DNA of 36,299 nt, from IMG/VR virus record IMGVR_UViG_3300037634_000578, positions 1-36,299 of that record, one strand, 5' to 3'. The notes below the pieces were generated by a model. That model was given only the letters and a program-made list of their open reading frames with translations. It was not told the DNA's origin and made no database searches. Both the position numbers and the translations under genes were made by a program. Origin of the DNA: a virus. Taxonomy: Duplodnaviria; Caudoviricetes. Below, piece by piece: positions 35,582-36,299 of this stretch (position 1 is its first letter; every line of letters begins with the position of its first letter).

Positions 35582-36143
35582 CCCTAATCCTAACTACATT
35601 ACAGCTACGGACGCTATTTCTCCCGAAGCGGCATCTGCGTTATGCTCTTTAGTAGACGAGCGCGGGACAAAATCTGGATGGTTTTACAACCCAGACTGCT
35701 TAGAATATCAAATAGCGAACCCATTTTCTAAAGTTCAGCGCAAGAATGATGAGGAGATTGTCTCCGTTCTTCCTGAACTTTTTTCATTAGCTGAATCATG
35801 TATGCGTCACATGAATCGGGAGTTTACAAATACAGCTTGTGAAACAATTACTGGGTATCATGGTTTTTGGATTTTAAAGTATACGCAGGGAGGAGGTTTT
35901 GATTGGCACTGTGATTGGGACTCAGGACCAAACGGTATACGACCTCCCATTGTTGCGACAGCATGTATCATGTTAAATGATGATTTCACAGGAGGCGAGA
36001 CCTGCCTTTCTAATGTAGGGATTTTAAATCGAGAAAAACTATCCTTAGTAATGTGGGATGGCTTCACACAGCATAGAGTATCACCAGTTATCGAAGGCTC
36101 ACGCTACGCCTTAGTTATGCACTATACGGGGACTTTCAAGTAA
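35559..36143 (+). CDS. 2OG-Fe(II) oxygenase (prolyl hydroxylase-like)
   Basis: ILKY..GG.FDWHCD (HxD), LNDDFTGGE, HRVSPV..GSRY. Confidence 0.9.
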   Translation: MENLVNHNPNPNYITATDAISPEAASALCSLVDERGTKSGWFYNPDCLEYQIANPFSKVQRKNDEEIVSVLPELFSLAESCMRHMNREFTNTACETITGYHGFWILKYTQGGGFDWHCDWDSGPNGIRPPIVATACIMLNDDFTGGETCLSNVGILNREKLSLVMWDGFTQHRVSPVIEGSRYALVMHYTGTFK

Positions 36144-36299
36144 TGCTTGCCGCACCCTCAGTCCACAATTTGGCCCCTACTTATTTGATGTATCAAGATG
36201 TTATGTCGAAAGAGATGGCACAAACATTGATGGATTTAGTTGATGAGAAAGGAAAAGAGACTATCTGGGATGATAATCCTAATTGCATAGAACTTCAGA
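36143..36299 (+). CDS. Second 2OG-Fe(II) oxygenase paralog, 3'-partial
   Basis: TAATG overlap. HNLAPTYL...S.E.A..L.DLVDEKG...W..NPNCIE.Q aligns with the N-terminus of the preceding protein (HNPNPNYI...SPEAA..L.SLVDERG...W..NPDCLEYQ). Confidence 0.75.
   Translation, partial: MLAAPSVHNLAPTYLMYQDVMSKEMAQTLMDLVDEKGKETIWDDNPNCIELQ

Noticed and set aside
236-36067. Numerous 60-120 aa alternate-frame and antisense ORFs in the track (e.g. 8101-8463, 8243-8608, 12087-12419, 27713-28069)
   Set aside because: They are nested within genes with clear family motifs and have no independent signals.
1-36299. tRNA genes, CRISPR arrays, or stop-codon reassignment explaining the split genes
   Set aside because: Intergenic spaces are tiny with no cloverleaf or repeat-spacer pattern seen. 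Standard-code ORFs tile the window densely, and the Pol breaks involve an insertion and a frame change rather than an in-frame stop.

Overview
This window is part of a large T4-like (contractile-tailed) phage genome. It contains no tRNA, rRNA, CRISPR array or IS element that I can see. From left to right: tail sheath (5'-partial) and tail tube, an 854-aa orphan, an Hjc-type resolvase and a gp55-like late sigma factor. Next is a replication/recombination block: a family A DNA polymerase split over three ORFs (UDG-like domain + exonuclease N-half / exonuclease C-half + thumb / polymerase core) with an antisense lipoprotein gene inside the first split, then gp47/gp46 (Mre11/Rad50), class II RNR, gp41-like helicase, UvsY-like and gp32-like SSB. 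A ~13.4 kb, 16-gene glycan-biosynthesis operon follows (about 8 glycosyltransferase-like ORFs, WecB, a short DegT-type aminotransferase, a GNAT, O- and C-methyltransferases, two NDP-sugar SDRs). The right end holds MazG, a deaminase, an antisense orphan, RecA/UvsX, DUF932 and tandem 2OG-Fe(II) oxygenases. Two recurrent promoter-like motifs are visible: CTATAATA, often 5-8 nt before an ATG (apparently leaderless), and CTATATAwTA, before orphan genes (candidate late promoter). All calls come from motif recognition by eye; no database search was run.
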